Part shown: positions 9,223-20,986 of the stretch, piece by piece
Layout of the letters: each line of letters begins with the position of its first letter
Position numbering within the stretch: position 1 is the stretch's first letter
Source: Patescibacteria group bacterium
GTDB taxonomy: Bacteria > Patescibacteriota > Patescibacteriia > UBA10025 > JAHIVO01
Reading direction: 5' to 3'
DNA length: 64,000 nt
Assembly: GCA_041660605.1 (NCBI GenBank)
Contig: JBAZWB010000001.1
Coordinates: 73,295-137,294 of the forward strand
Made by a program: the position numbers and the translations under genes
The notes under the pieces: generated by a model
Database searches by the model: none
What the model saw: the letters and a program-made list of their open reading frames with translations, nothing else
Told to the model about the DNA's origin: nothing

Positions 9223-12200
9223 ATGCCCTCATCAAATAGAAAACGTTTTTCAGAAATTCCTTCTGCCATCAACCTGCCTGACCTGATAGTCGTACAAAAA
9301 ACTTCATACAATTGGTTGGTTAAAGAAGGCCTAAGAGAGCTTTTTGAAGAGGTCTCGCCCATAAAAGATTTTATCGGGCGTGATTTAGAATTATATTTGC
9401 AGAATTATTATTTTGACGAGCCGCGCTTCGATGAGGTGACCGCCAAGGCGAAGAATGTGACTTTTGAGGCCGCCTTGCGCGTGGAAACCAAGCTGGTCAA
9501 TAAAAAGACCGGAGAAATAAAAGAGCAGGAAGTTTATCTCGGCGATTTTCCTCTGATGACTGATCGGGGCACTTTTGTCATTAACGGCATCGAACGCGTA
9601 GTGGTCAGCCAGCTGATACGTTCAGCTGGTGTTTTTTTTACTTCAGAAGTGCTGCGCGGCCGCCGCTATTACGGCGCGAAAATCATTCCTAACCGCGGCG
9701 CCTGGCTGGAGATTGAGACGGACGCCAACAACGTTATCTTCGTAAAAATAGACAGAAAAAGGAAAGTGCCGATTACCTCCCTGTTGCGGGCTTTCAGCTT
9801 CGGATCAGACGAGGAAATCAAAAGCCTCTTTGCCGAGGCCGATAACCATCGTGAAAATAAATACATTGAATCCACTTTAGCCAAAGACACTTCGAGAAAT
9901 GAGGCTGAGGGCCTGCGGGAAGTATATAAAAGAATCAGGCCGGGCGATCTGGCCACGGTTGATAATGCCCGCGATCTGATCTATAAAATGTTTTTCAGCT
10001 TTGACCGGTATGATTTCGGCCGGGTGGGCCGTTACAAGCTAAACCAGCGTTTCGGCTTCACCTTCGCCAATAAAAAGGAATTCCGAGTTTTACAAAAAGA
10101 AGATCTAGTGGAAATAATCCGGGAAGTCATCCGCCTGAATAATTCACAGAAAGATGCCGACGACATTGACCATCTGGGCAACCGCCGCGTCAGGGCCATC
10201 GGCGAATTGGTGCAGAATAAATTCCGTATCGGCTTGGCGCGCATGGAGAGGATAGTCAAAGACCGGATGAGCACGCTGGATATCAATACGCTGACGCCGA
10301 ACCAGCTGATTAACGCCCGTCCGATCATCGGAGCGGTCAAAGAATTTTTCATGTCCTCCCAACTTTCCCAGTTTATGGACCAGACCAATCCTCTGGCCGA
10401 GCTGGAGCACAAGCGGCGCTTGTCGGCCATGGGTCCCGGCGGTTTATCAAGGGAGCGCGCCGGCTTTGACGTTCGCGACGTGCATCGCACGCATTATGGA
10501 CGCATCTGTCCCATTGCCACGCCAGAGGGACCGAACATCGGATTGGTCGGGCATTTGTCCTGCTTCGCCAGGATCAATGAATATGGATTCATCGAAACGC
10601 CTTTCCGCAAAATTATCCACGATCCGGAAAATAAAGCCTCGTTGATTGAGAGTGAAATTCTCCGCCAAGATATAAAAGATAGCAATGGAAATGTAATCGG
10701 CAAAGCCGGAGAAAAGATTTCCAAGGAAAAAGCCAAAGAACTGGAAAAAAGCGGATTAAAAACGATACCCGTCAAGCCCCGCGTGACCAATGAAATTGAA
10801 TACCTCGATGCTTTTATAGAAGAAAAATACGTTACTACCGCTGCGACTACGCCGATTGACGAGCAGGGCTATTTTTTCCAGGATAAAGCCGAAGTGCGGC
10901 TGCACGGCGAACCGACCCTGGATCACGTCTGGCGTGTTGATTTTATGGATGTCGCGCCTTTTCAGATAATCAGCGTCACTACTGCCTTGATCCCATTCCT
11001 CGAGCATGATGATGCCGTCAGGGCATTGATGGGCTCGAATATGCAGAGACAAGCAGTGCCATGCATCACACCCCAGGCGCCTTTGGTCGGCACGGGAGTA
11101 GAGGGCAAGGCGGCCGGTGATTCCGGGCAGGTAATAGTCTGCCAGGAAAACGGTAAAATTGTCAGAGTCGACTCAGATGAGATTCATGTCTTGTCCGATA
11201 CCGGTAAAGTGCATAAGTATCAATTGAATAAATTTGTCCGTTCCAACGCCTCCACTTGCATTAACCAGCGGCCGATAGTCGATAAAAACCAGGTTGTCAA
11301 AAAAGGGGAAACGCTGGCTGACGGCCCGGCCACTGACGGCGGAGAACTGGCGCTAGGACAAAATATTTTAGTGGCGTTCATGGCCTGGGAAGGCGGCAAT
11401 TTTGAAGATGCCATCCTGATTTCCGAGAGATTGGTGCAGAATGACCGCTTCACTTCCATACATATAGAAGATTATACGGTGGACATCCGCGACACCAAGC
11501 TGGGGCCGGAAGTGGTGACCAGGGACATTCCCAATATCGGCGAAGAGAAACTGAAAGATCTGGACGATGAAGGCGTGGTGCGCATCGGCGCGGAAGTTTC
11601 CTCCGGCGACATTTTAGTCGGCAAAATTACTCCCAAAGGAGAAACTGAGTTGTCAGCCGAGGAAAAATTATTGCGGGCGATTTTCGGAGAAAAAGCCAAA
11701 GACGTCAAGGACAGCTCTCTTTATCTGGAGCACGGGGAACACGGCAAAGTCGTTGACATCAAAATATTCTCACGAGAGCGCGGCGATAAATTATCTTCGG
11801 GAATTTTGAAGAGCATACAGGTTTCCGTCGCTCAGCTGCGCAAATTGCAGGTCGGCGACAAAATGGCCGGCCGACATGGAAATAAAGGCGTTATTTCGCG
11901 CATTGTGGCTGAGGAAGACATGCCCTATATGGCTGATGGCACGCCAGTTGGCATTATATTAAATCCGTTAGGCGTGGCCTCCCGTATGAATATCGGTCAG
12001 ATTTTAGAAACACATTTAGGCATGGCTGCTCATAAACTTAACTATACAGTGGCCAGCCCGGCACTGAACGGGGTGCCGGAAAAAGACATACACGATGAAT
12101 TGGAAAAAGCCGGTTTTCCCCGGAGCGGCAAAATAACCCTGTATGACGGACGGACAGGAGAGGCCTTTGATCACCAAGTAACGGTCGGCTACATATATAT

Positions 12201-12585
12201 GATGAAGCTCAACCATATGGTTGAAGATAAAATGCATATGCGTTCTATCGGCCCTTATTCGCTGGTTACCCAGCAGCCTCTGGGCGGCAAAGCTCAGTTC
12301 GGCGGCCAGAGATTCGGTGAAATGGAAGTCTGGGCGCTGGAAGCCTATGGCGCTGCATATACTTTGCAGGAAATGCTGACTATCAAGTCCGATGACGTGC
12401 CCGGGCGTTCAAAAGCTTATGAGGCCATCATAAAAGGCGAACCAATCCGAAAAATTAACATACCGGAATCATTTAACGTCCTGGTCAGGGAGCTGAAAGG
12501 CTTGTGTCTGGACGTGGAATTAATCGGCGGCACGGAAGAGCCTGTAGACGGGGAGTTTAAGAAAAGTAAAGAGGAGAAAAAATAA
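9223..12585 (+). CDS. rpoB: DNA-directed RNA polymerase subunit beta
   Basis: 1120 aa with conserved Rpb2 blocks ([27 protein letters not shown] and others). Confidence 0.97.
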   Translation: MPSSNRKRFSEIPSAINLPDLIVVQKTSYNWLVKEGLRELFEEVSPIKDFIGRDLELYLQNYYFDEPRFDEVTAKAKNVTFEAALRVETKLVNKKTGEIKEQEVYLGDFPLMTDRGTFVINGIERVVVSQLIRSAGVFFTSEVLRGRRYYGAKIIPNRGAWLEIETDANNVIFVKIDRKRKVPITSLLRAFSFGSDEEIKSLFAEADNHRENKYIESTLAKDTSRNEAEGLREVYKRIRPGDLATVDNARDLIYKMFFSFDRYDFGRVGRYKLNQRFGFTFANKKEFRVLQKEDLVEIIREVIRLNNSQKDADDIDHLGNRRVRAIGELVQNKFRIGLARMERIVKDRMSTLDINTLTPNQLINARPIIGAVKEFFMSSQLSQFMDQTNPLAELEHKRRLSAMGPGGLSRERAGFDVRDVHRTHYGRICPIATPEGPNIGLVGHLSCFARINEYGFIETPFRKIIHDPENKASLIESEILRQDIKDSNGNVIGKAGEKISKEKAKELEKSGLKTIPVKPRVTNEIEYLDAFIEEKYVTTAATTPIDEQGYFFQDKAEVRLHGEPTLDHVWRVDFMDVAPFQIISVTTALIPFLEHDDAVRALMGSNMQRQAVPCITPQAPLVGTGVEGKAAGDSGQVIVCQENGKIVRVDSDEIHVLSDTGKVHKYQLNKFVRSNASTCINQRPIVDKNQVVKKGETLADGPATDGGELALGQNILVAFMAWEGGNFEDAILISERLVQNDRFTSIHIEDYTVDIRDTKLGPEVVTRDIPNIGEEKLKDLDDEGVVRIGAEVSSGDILVGKITPKGETELSAEEKLLRAIFGEKAKDVKDSSLYLEHGEHGKVVDIKIFSRERGDKLSSGILKSIQVSVAQLRKLQVGDKMAGRHGNKGVISRIVAEEDMPYMADGTPVGIILNPLGVASRMNIGQILETHLGMAAHKLNYTVASPALNGVPEKDIHDELEKAGFPRSGKITLYDGRTGEAFDHQVTVGYIYMMKLNHMVEDKMHMRSIGPYSLVTQQPLGGKAQFGGQRFGEMEVWALEAYGAAYTLQEMLTIKSDDVPGRSKAYEAIIKGEPIRKINIPESFNVLVRELKGLCLDVELIGGTEEPVDGEFKKSKEEKK

Positions 12586-12588
12586 TTT

Positions 12589-15500
12589 ATGCCAATGGAC
12601 AATAATACAAAAACGGTGGATTTCAAGGCGATTCGTCTGAAGCTGGCTTCACCCGAAAATATTTTGCAATGGTCGCACGGCGAAGTTTTAAAGCCGGAAA
12701 CCATAAATTACCGCACGCAAAAACCGGAAAAAGACGGTTTATTCTGCGAGCGGATTTTTGGTCCGGTTAAAGACTGGGAATGCTACTGCGGAAAATACAA
12801 GAAAGTCAGATACAAAGGCATAATCTGCGACAAATGCGGAGTCGAGGTGACGCGCAGCATCGTGCGCCGCGAACGCATGGGTCATATCAAGCTGGCGGTG
12901 CCCGTCTCCCATATCTGGTTCTTGCGCGGGGTGCCCTCGAAGATCGGGCTGATCCTCGACTTGTCCATTCAGGATCTGGAAAAAGTAATTTATTTCGCAA
13001 ATTTTATTATTACCAAAGTTGACGATAATCTGCGCGAAGAGACGCTGAAACAGATTGACGCAGAGTATCAGGCCAAGAAAAAAAGCATTGAAGGCGAATT
13101 TATAAAAGTATCCAATGACATCAAGCAGAAAAAGGTAGAGAGGGCCGCCAGCCAGAAAGAAGGCGCTAAGGCCAAGGAGATAGACAAGGAATTGGAGCGC
13201 GAATTGGTCGCCAACAGCGAATTGCGCGAGGAAAAATTGAAAGATTTATCAGAGGCGGTGGATTTAGCCAAGAAAGAGCTGAGAAATCTTAAACCGATGC
13301 AGATTATTTCCGAGCAGATCTATCGGGATCTTTCCCTGAAATATGGCCATGTTTTTGAGGCTAATATTGGCGCTGAAGCAGTCAGTGAATTATTAAAAGA
13401 AATTGACTTAGATGCAAAAATAGAAGAATTGGAAAAGGAAATTCTGGAATCTCCGGACAGCAAGCGGCGACGGCTGATCAGGCGATTAAAATTATATAAG
13501 AGCTTCAAAATAAATAAATTCAGGCCAGAATGGATGATCCTGAATATTGTTCCGGTCATTCCTCCGGATTTACGGCCAATGGTGCAGCTGGACGGCGGAA
13601 GATTTGCCGCCTCTGATTTGAATGATTTATACCGGCGCGTGATCAACAGGAATAATCGTCTGAAAAGATTGATTACCCTTAACGCACCCGAGGTGATCAG
13701 CCGCAACGAGAAGAGAATGCTGCAGGAAGCGGTTGATGCGCTGATTGACAATAACGCCAGGCACGGAAAAACCGTGACTGCCTCCACTGGGCAGAAAAGA
13801 ATGCTTAAATCAATCGCCGATATACTGAAAGGCAAGCAGGGCCGTTTCCGGCAGAATTTACTGGGCAAACGCGTTGATTATTCCGGACGTTCGGTTATTG
13901 TTGTCGGCCCTCATTTGAATCTCGGCCAGTGCGGTCTGCCGAAGCGTATGGCTTTGGAGCTTTTCAAACCATTTATTATCAGTCAATTAATCAAGCGCGA
14001 ATACGTTCACAATGTCAGAAGCGCCGGACGTTTCATAGAATCCGGCCGTCCTGAAGTTTGGGACATCCTGGAAGAAGTGACTAAGAATGCTTTTGTTCTT
14101 CTGAATCGCGCTCCAACTTTGCACCGTTTAGGCATCCAGGCTTTTCGTCCTGTACTGATAGAAGGCAAGGCTATTCAGGTCCATCCTTTGGTTTGCACCG
14201 CTTTTAACGCGGATTTTGACGGCGATCAAATGGCTGTCCATGTACCGTTAACGGAAAATGCCAAGAAAGAGGCAGAGACGATTATTGCTTCGGTAAATAA
14301 TCTGCTGAAGCCGGCGACCGGCGTGCCGGTAACTTCGCCGACTCAGGATATTGTTCTGGGCTGTTATTACCTTACCTTGCTCAAAGAAACGCCGGATGAT
14401 AAGTTAAAATATTTTTCTTCCATTGACGAAGCCATCATGGCCTATCAATTACGGACTATCCATATTCAGGACAAGATAAAAGTAGAAATTGACAATGAAT
14501 TGATAGCTACTTCCGCCGGGCGGATAATTTTTAACAGCATTTTTTCCAAAGAAGTTGATTTTATTAATGAAGTGATGGACCGCAAGTCGCTGTCCAAGCT
14601 CGTCGGCAATTTTTTAACCCGTTTTGGGAACGAAAAAACAGTGATATTGCTTGATTCCATAAAAGCTTTAGCTTTCAAATATTTGACTTACTCAGGATTA
14701 AGCTGGGGTATGGATGATTTAGTGACCCCGGCGGCCAAAAAAGACATTATCAAAGAAGCAGAAGTAAAGAATGAGGAAATTCAGTCGCATTTTGACCAGG
14801 GTTTGCTGACGGAAGAAGAGCGGCATATGAAGATTATTGAGGTTTGGGCGCAGGCTAAGGATCAGATACAGAAAGTCAGCCGTGATTCATTGGACCGGGA
14901 CGGTTCGGTGTTTTCCATGATTGAGTCAGGAGCCCGCGGTTCGTGGGCACAGACCACGCAGATGATGGGCATGAAAGGCCTGGTTACCAATCCAGCCGGC
15001 GATACCATCGAATTGCCGGTCAAAGGCAGCTTTAAGGAAGGCTTTGAGGTTTTGGAATATTTTATTTCCACTCACGGCGCGCGCAAAGGCTTGTCGGATA
15101 CGGCCTTGAGGACCGCTAACGCCGGTTATCTGACCAGGCGCTTGGTGGACGTCAGTCAGGATACGTTGATTACCATTGAAGATTGCGGTGAAAAAAACGG
15201 CATTGAGCTGACCAGGAAGGCCAGCGAAGAAGCCGGAGAAGTGCTGGAAGACAGGGTGGTTGGCCGTGCCGCGGCAGAAGACATTATCAATCCCAAAACC
15301 AAGAAAATGATTTTGAAGAAAGGTGAAATAATTACAGAAGACCTCCTGCCGAAAATTGAGAAGTTAAAATTGGATAAAATAAACGTACGCTCTGTGCTTC
15401 GCTGTCAGGCGCACTGGGGAGTTTGCCAAAAATGCTACGGTTATGATCTGGCCTTCAATAGACTGGTCGAGCTGGGCGTGGCAGTCGGTATTATGGCCGC

Positions 15501-16455
15501 GCAAAGCATAGGCGAGCCGGGCACTCAGCTGACCATGAGGACTTTCCATACTGGCGGCGTGGCGGGCAAGGACATTACCCAGGGTTTGCCGCGGGTAGAA
15601 GAGATTTTTGAAGCCAGACCGATTCGCCGGCCGGCCATTCTCGCAGGCGTCACCGGCCAGGTAAAAGTGATAGATGAGGATAGGAACAATAAGCAGGTGG
15701 TTATCAGCTACAAAGACGTTGAAGAAGTAAAGTATTCCATTAAAAAGGATAAGAAGAAATCCGTACTTAAAGTGAAAGAAGGCGACAAGGTAAAGGTTGA
15801 CCAGGTGCTGTTATTGATGAATGAAAAAGAAATTCTTTCGAAATCTTCCGGCCAGGTCAGAATTTCCGGCGATGAATTAATGGTTGCCTCGGAAAAAATA
15901 AAGGAAAAAGAATATGCCATACCTCCGGGACAGTCAATCTGGGTAAAAAATGGGGAATTAGTGAATCGCGGAGACCAGCTGACCGACGGCAGCCTGGATT
16001 TGCATCAGATTTTCTATCTGCAGGGACAGGAATCGGTTGAACGCTATGTCATCAAGGAGATCCAATATATTTATTCTTCCCAGGGGCAGAAATTAAATGA
16101 TAAGCACATAGAAATGATTGTCCGCCAGATGTTTTCCCGTATTTACATCAAGGAACCAGGCGATAGCAATTTCCTTTCCGGCGAAGTAGTAGAAAAGAAT
16201 AAATTTTTGGAGATCAACCAGGAGATTAAAAAGAAATCCGGCAAACCGGCAATCGGCGAGCAGTTATTATTGGGTATCACCAAAGCTTCATTGTCGATCG
16301 ATAGCTTCCTTTCCGCCGCTTCTTTCCAGGAAACAGCCAGAGTTTTGATCGATGCGGCTGTCTCCGGAAAAGTTGACCGACTGCGCGGCCTCAAGGAGAA
16401 TGTGATTATCGGCAAATTAATACCTGCCGGGACGGGCTTTAAAAAGCCTAAATAA
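12589..16455 (+). CDS. rpoC: DNA-directed RNA polymerase subunit beta'
   Basis: Zn-binding CYCGKYKKVRYKGIICDKCGVEV and catalytic NADFDGDQMAVH. Starts 3 nt after the rpoB stop. Confidence 0.97.
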   Translation: MPMDNNTKTVDFKAIRLKLASPENILQWSHGEVLKPETINYRTQKPEKDGLFCERIFGPVKDWECYCGKYKKVRYKGIICDKCGVEVTRSIVRRERMGHIKLAVPVSHIWFLRGVPSKIGLILDLSIQDLEKVIYFANFIITKVDDNLREETLKQIDAEYQAKKKSIEGEFIKVSNDIKQKKVERAASQKEGAKAKEIDKELERELVANSELREEKLKDLSEAVDLAKKELRNLKPMQIISEQIYRDLSLKYGHVFEANIGAEAVSELLKEIDLDAKIEELEKEILESPDSKRRRLIRRLKLYKSFKINKFRPEWMILNIVPVIPPDLRPMVQLDGGRFAASDLNDLYRRVINRNNRLKRLITLNAPEVISRNEKRMLQEAVDALIDNNARHGKTVTASTGQKRMLKSIADILKGKQGRFRQNLLGKRVDYSGRSVIVVGPHLNLGQCGLPKRMALELFKPFIISQLIKREYVHNVRSAGRFIESGRPEVWDILEEVTKNAFVLLNRAPTLHRLGIQAFRPVLIEGKAIQVHPLVCTAFNADFDGDQMAVHVPLTENAKKEAETIIASVNNLLKPATGVPVTSPTQDIVLGCYYLTLLKETPDDKLKYFSSIDEAIMAYQLRTIHIQDKIKVEIDNELIATSAGRIIFNSIFSKEVDFINEVMDRKSLSKLVGNFLTRFGNEKTVILLDSIKALAFKYLTYSGLSWGMDDLVTPAAKKDIIKEAEVKNEEIQSHFDQGLLTEEERHMKIIEVWAQAKDQIQKVSRDSLDRDGSVFSMIESGARGSWAQTTQMMGMKGLVTNPAGDTIELPVKGSFKEGFEVLEYFISTHGARKGLSDTALRTANAGYLTRRLVDVSQDTLITIEDCGEKNGIELTRKASEEAGEVLEDRVVGRAAAEDIINPKTKKMILKKGEIITEDLLPKIEKLKLDKINVRSVLRCQAHWGVCQKCYGYDLAFNRLVELGVAVGIMAAQSIGEPGTQLTMRTFHTGGVAGKDITQGLPRVEEIFEARPIRRPAILAGVTGQVKVIDEDRNNKQVVISYKDVEEVKYSIKKDKKKSVLKVKEGDKVKVDQVLLLMNEKEILSKSSGQVRISGDELMVASEKIKEKEYAIPPGQSIWVKNGELVNRGDQLTDGSLDLHQIFYLQGQESVERYVIKEIQYIYSSQGQKLNDKHIEMIVRQMFSRIYIKEPGDSNFLSGEVVEKNKFLEINQEIKKKSGKPAIGEQLLLGITKASLSIDSFLSAASFQETARVLIDAAVSGKVDRLRGLKENVIIGKLIPAGTGFKKPK

Positions 16456-16664
16456 CCGCTGTTTTTTATCCCCAATTAGACCTTCCCATTGAATGCAAGA
16501 AGGAGTTTTTGGTTTATAAATTGTCCCCCTTCGGGTGACGGGCGTAGGGTGATAATCTGTAATAAGTGACTGGTAATGAGTAAAAGGCAGCAATTGATTT
16601 TTATGCAAAAAAATGTTAAAATCTAATCACCTAAAATAACTTAATTATTCGTTGTTTTATTAAA

Positions 16665-18953
16665 GTGAGAAAAGAAAAGAAAAAATATCTTCAAAAATAT
16701 AAAAAAGAAGCCAGCCGGGAAATTAATGATAAACCGCAGTTGACGGAAGCCAGGCCTTATTTAAAATCAGATACCAAAAAAGGTATTTTAATAGTTTTGG
16801 TTATAACCTTGGCGGTTATTTCATGCCTGAGCCTTTTTGGGTTGGCCGGCAGGTTCGGACAGGCAATTGATACCGGGTTAAAGTATCTGCTAGGCTGGGG
16901 CAAGTTTATCCTGCCATTACTGCTGATAGCGCTGGCCTATTTCATTTCCCAGTCAAAAAAGGAGACGTTTCGCCTATCCAGTTATACCGGTTTGGGCCTT
17001 TTGGTTTTATGCTATTCTGCTTTAATCAGTCTTATTGCCTCATCTCCCGAAAGAATATCCAGCGACATTGCTGGTGGCAGAGGCGGCGGATATCTGGGCT
17101 TGGTGCTTTCCTACCCACTGGAGAAAATTATGGGCCCCTGGGCCACTGGCGTAATATTAGCCGCTCTTCTTTTGATAGCATTTTTAGTCTTGTTTGATGC
17201 CTCCCTAAAGCGTCTGTATTCCGGCGGTAATGTTTTCAGCAGAATGATGGAAAAATTCCGCGAATTTTTTTATAAATTAAAAACAAACATGAATACCACC
17301 GCCCAGGGTCCGGAAGATGGCGGTATTGGTGAGCCAGAGCCGCAGAGCTTTAATACCAAAGAGATAGGCTCTGAAGCGGTAGCAGCGCAACCCGGCGGCG
17401 AGTCCCCGGCTGTCCCGGCGGAAAATAAGACAACTGAAAAGCAGCTGGGAATGTTTGAAGGCGAGAAGCGGCATGTAATACGCAAAATTGAAATTCCCAT
17501 TGATCTTCTGGAATCTAGTAATACCAAGCCGACCAGCGGTGACATTGAAGTGCATAAGGAAAAAATTCATCAGACACTGAAAAATTTTGGCATTGATGTA
17601 GAGATGGGAGAGACTAAGGTTGGCCCGACCGTTACGCAGTACACATTGAAACCATCTGAGGGAGTAAAATTGTCCCAGATAACTACTTTGGGCAATGATC
17701 TGGCCCTGGCTCTGGCTGCCCATCCGATTCGTATTGAAGCGCCTATTCCCGGTAAATCGTTGGTTGGCATTGAAGTGCCGAATGAAGCCGTGGCCATAGT
17801 CAAATTAAAAGAGCTTTTGATGAGCAGTGAGTTCAAGAAAAGAAAGTCGAAGCTGACCGTGGCCTTGGGCAAGGATGTGGCCGGCCATACCTGGCTGGCG
17901 GATCTTGATCCCATGCCCCATTTGCTTATTGCCGGCGCTACCGGCTCGGGTAAGTCCGTCTGTTTGAACACTATTTTATTGAGCCTGCTCTATCAGAATT
18001 CCCCGGATGAACTGAAACTTATTTTAGTTGATCCAAAGAGAGTAGAGCTGACCGGCTATAATGATATTCCCCATCTACTGACCCCCGTGGTTACTGAAAC
18101 AAATAAAACCATCAATGCTTTACGCTGGGTAGTGGCGGAAATGGACAGAAGATTTGAAGTGCTGTCAAAATCCGGTCATCGCAACATCCAGTCTTATAAC
18201 CACGATAATGGCGGCTTAATGCCGTATCTGGTTTTAGCAATAGACGAATTGGCAGATTTAATGTCTGTAGCCGCCAATGAAGTGGAGGCGGCAATCATTA
18301 GATTGGCGCAAATGGCGCGGGCAGTCGGCATCCATCTAATCCTGGCGACGCAGCGCCCGTCAGTCGATATTATTACTGGATTGATCAAAGCCAATATTAC
18401 CTCGCGCATTGCTTTTTCCGTAGCCTCTCTGGTTGATTCGCGGACCATTTTGGATACTTCCGGCGCTGAAAAGTTGTTAGGCCGCGGCGATCTGCTCTAT
18501 ATTTCACCCCAGCTTTCAAAACCAAAACGCCTCCAGGGCGCGTATGTTAATGACCAAGAGATTTCGCGCGTACTGAATTATTTGAAGAGCCAGGCTAAGC
18601 CGGATTATGAGGAGCAGGTGACCAGCAAGGTGATTGACCGGACGCTGATCGGAAATTTTGAGGATCTGGCTGACGACGAATTAATTGACCAGGCGGAGGA
18701 GTTGGTTGTCAAGGCAGGCAAAGCCTCTGCTTCTTTTTTGCAGAGACGGCTGAGGATAGGCTATGCGCGCGCGGCCAGGATTCTTGATATTCTGGAAGAG
18801 CGGGGCGTTATCGGTCCGGGAGACGGCGCCAAGCCCAGGGACATATTGATTACCAGTGAGTCGCCTGCTGAAGATGAAAATTTTAAGGAAGATTTTGAAA
18901 ATGGCGAGGCGGCGGACAAAGAACAGGAAGCAGATGATGAGTTTCAGAAGTAA
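16665..18953 (+). CDS. ftsK: DNA translocase FtsK/SpoIIIE
   Basis: N-terminal TM helices and Walker A LLIAGATGSGKSV. C-terminal gamma-like winged-helix segment. GTG start. Confidence 0.9.
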   Translation: MRKEKKKYLQKYKKEASREINDKPQLTEARPYLKSDTKKGILIVLVITLAVISCLSLFGLAGRFGQAIDTGLKYLLGWGKFILPLLLIALAYFISQSKKETFRLSSYTGLGLLVLCYSALISLIASSPERISSDIAGGRGGGYLGLVLSYPLEKIMGPWATGVILAALLLIAFLVLFDASLKRLYSGGNVFSRMMEKFREFFYKLKTNMNTTAQGPEDGGIGEPEPQSFNTKEIGSEAVAAQPGGESPAVPAENKTTEKQLGMFEGEKRHVIRKIEIPIDLLESSNTKPTSGDIEVHKEKIHQTLKNFGIDVEMGETKVGPTVTQYTLKPSEGVKLSQITTLGNDLALALAAHPIRIEAPIPGKSLVGIEVPNEAVAIVKLKELLMSSEFKKRKSKLTVALGKDVAGHTWLADLDPMPHLLIAGATGSGKSVCLNTILLSLLYQNSPDELKLILVDPKRVELTGYNDIPHLLTPVVTETNKTINALRWVVAEMDRRFEVLSKSGHRNIQSYNHDNGGLMPYLVLAIDELADLMSVAANEVEAAIIRLAQMARAVGIHLILATQRPSVDIITGLIKANITSRIAFSVASLVDSRTILDTSGAEKLLGRGDLLYISPQLSKPKRLQGAYVNDQEISRVLNYLKSQAKPDYEEQVTSKVIDRTLIGNFEDLADDELIDQAEELVVKAGKASASFLQRRLRIGYARAARILDILEERGVIGPGDGAKPRDILITSESPAEDENFKEDFENGEAADKEQEADDEFQK

Positions 18954-18975
18954 TCGTTTTTTTGAAAAATAGCTT

Positions 18976-19653
18976 ATGCCAATATTTCAGAAACATTCAA
19001 TTGAAAGATCGAAAACCCTGGGCGAACGGCTGCAGAAAGTCAGGCGCGAATCCGGCATCGGCCTGGAAGAGGCCGAGAAGCAGACGGGCATAAAGAAAAA
19101 ATACTTGGAAGCGATTGAAAATGGGGAATATGGAATTTTACCGGGACCCGTTTATATCGAAAGTTTTTTAAAAAAATACGCGATTTTTTTAAATGTAAAT
19201 GAAGGATTAGTAATTGACATTTACCGTCAGCAGGAAAGGAAGATAATCAAAAAGAAATTCAAGCCTTCATTTGAGGCTTCCAGGCAGAAACTGCCGCAGC
19301 CGATTATCACCCCAAAAACTGTGCGTAAAGCCATAATAATTTTGATCATTCTCGCTTGCCTGACATATGTGGGCTTCGAAGTCGCCAAGATATTCTCTCC
19401 GCCGTTACTTACGATATCCAGCCCGTCGGACTTTTCCACTGTCACTCAGAATAATATCCAGGTGACCGGCAAAACCGCACCTGAAGCCCGCCTGACGATC
19501 AACGGCCGGGAGGTTTATCTGGAGAGTGATGGGTCGTTCACTGAAACGGTCAATCTGAAAGAAGACTTAAATGTCATTGAAATAACTGCCATCAAACAGC
19601 GCAGCAAGCCAACGACTGTTTTGCGAAATGTTTTTTTAAAAAATAATAATTAA
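18976..19653 (+). CDS. rodZ: RodZ-like cytoskeleton-associated protein (XRE HTH, single TM, beta-rich C-terminal domain)
   Basis: [41 protein letters not shown], then one TM helix, then an extracytoplasmic domain. Confidence 0.55.
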   Translation: MPIFQKHSIERSKTLGERLQKVRRESGIGLEEAEKQTGIKKKYLEAIENGEYGILPGPVYIESFLKKYAIFLNVNEGLVIDIYRQQERKIIKKKFKPSFEASRQKLPQPIITPKTVRKAIIILIILACLTYVGFEVAKIFSPPLLTISSPSDFSTVTQNNIQVTGKTAPEARLTINGREVYLESDGSFTETVNLKEDLNVIEITAIKQRSKPTTVLRNVFLKNNN

Positions 19654-19670
19654 TTATTAATATTGTTTAT

Positions 19671-20726
19671 ATGCCCAAACCAAAAACAAAAGACTCTTCC
19701 CAGTCTATTAATCAAAAATCCCGCGCTGCCCAGGAAGCCATTGCCCAGATAAAAGAGCGATTTGGCGACGGCTCAATAATGAAGCTGGGGGAGGCGAAAA
19801 AAATCCAGGTAGATACTATACCAACCGGATGTTTATCATTGGATTTAGCCTTAGGCGTCGGCGGCGTACCGCGCGGCCGGATAATCGAAATTTACGGTCC
19901 GGAAGCGTCAGGCAAGACCACACTGGCCCAGTATATAGTCGCCTCAGTGCAAAGAATGGGAGGCACGGCAGCTTTTGTTGACGCCGAACACGCCCTTGAT
20001 CCGGAATACGCCAGGAAGATCGGGGTTAATATTGACGAATTGCTTATTTCCCAGCCTGATACCGGAGAGCAGGCTTTGGAAATTACGGAAACCTTGGTGC
20101 GCTCCAACGGCGTTGATGTGGTAGTGATTGATTCGGTGGCCGCCTTGACCCCGAAAGCTGAAATCGAGGGGGAGATGGGGGACCAGCACATGGGCCTGCA
20201 GGCCAGGCTGATGAGCCAAGCGCTGCGCAAGCTGGCCGCTATTGTCAGTAAGACAAAAACTGTAGTTATTTTTATCAATCAAACACGCATGAAAATCGGA
20301 GTATTCTTCGGCAATCCCGAAACTACCACCGGCGGTATGGCCCTGAAATTTTATTCTTCGGTACGCATCGAGGTGCGCCGCTCAGCCCAGATAAAAAAAG
20401 GCGACGAATCCATCGGTAACCGGGTGAAAGTAAAAATTGTGAAGAATAAAGTGGCGCCGCCGTTCCGGACTACGGAATTTGACATTATGTACAACGAGGG
20501 CATTTCAATCGGCGGGGACGCGCTGGATACCGGAGTATTGAAAAAAGTAGTAGTAAAAAACGGCAACACTTTTACATTCGGGGAGATTAAGCTCGGTGTT
20601 GGGCGTGAGGCCGCCAGATTATTTCTGAAGCAGAATCCAAAAGTAATTGAGGAAATAAAGAAAAAAGTGTTTGAAGCGGTAGAAAGGGAAGAGATGGAAA
20701 AGGAAAAGGCGGAAAAGAGCATATAA
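19671..20726 (+). CDS. recA: Recombinase A
   Basis: [18 protein letters not shown] Walker A and the canonical RecA core. Confidence 0.95.
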   Translation: MPKPKTKDSSQSINQKSRAAQEAIAQIKERFGDGSIMKLGEAKKIQVDTIPTGCLSLDLALGVGGVPRGRIIEIYGPEASGKTTLAQYIVASVQRMGGTAAFVDAEHALDPEYARKIGVNIDELLISQPDTGEQALEITETLVRSNGVDVVVIDSVAALTPKAEIEGEMGDQHMGLQARLMSQALRKLAAIVSKTKTVVIFINQTRMKIGVFFGNPETTTGGMALKFYSSVRIEVRRSAQIKKGDESIGNRVKVKIVKNKVAPPFRTTEFDIMYNEGISIGGDALDTGVLKKVVVKNGNTFTFGEIKLGVGREAARLFLKQNPKVIEEIKKKVFEAVEREEMEKEKAEKSI

Positions 20727-20785
20727 TTTTTGTAGATTATAAACTACCTTCGAATTTGTCGGAGGTAGTTTTTGGTCAGAATATA

Positions 20786-20814
20786 TTGACAAATGTCCAA
20801 AAATAAGCTATAAT
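20786..20814 (+). promoter_or_regulatory. Perfect consensus sigma70 promoter TTGACA-N17-TATAAT
   Basis: TTGACA at 20786-20791, 17-nt spacer, TATAAT at 20809-20814. It lies 170 nt upstream of the giant protein gene. Confidence 0.55.
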
Positions 20815-20986
20815 TAGCATATAATTTAAACAAAAATTAAATATTTTTTAAATTGACTTTTCTTGGGGGTGAAAAAAGAGAGAAAAGCAAAGCGGAAAAT
20901 TCATCAATTTTTCATTTTTTTGTTAATTAAGCCACTAGATGGCTTTTTTGTTTATATAATATTTAAATCAAAATAAGGAAAAAACT

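Noticed and set aside
9669-16475. Numerous 60-180-aa ORFs on the minus strand inside rpoB and rpoC (for example 10032..10490, 13320..13868, 16143..16475)
   Set aside because: They are antisense to highly conserved RNAP genes, have a low-complexity Ser/Leu/Arg-rich composition and no start or RBS context.
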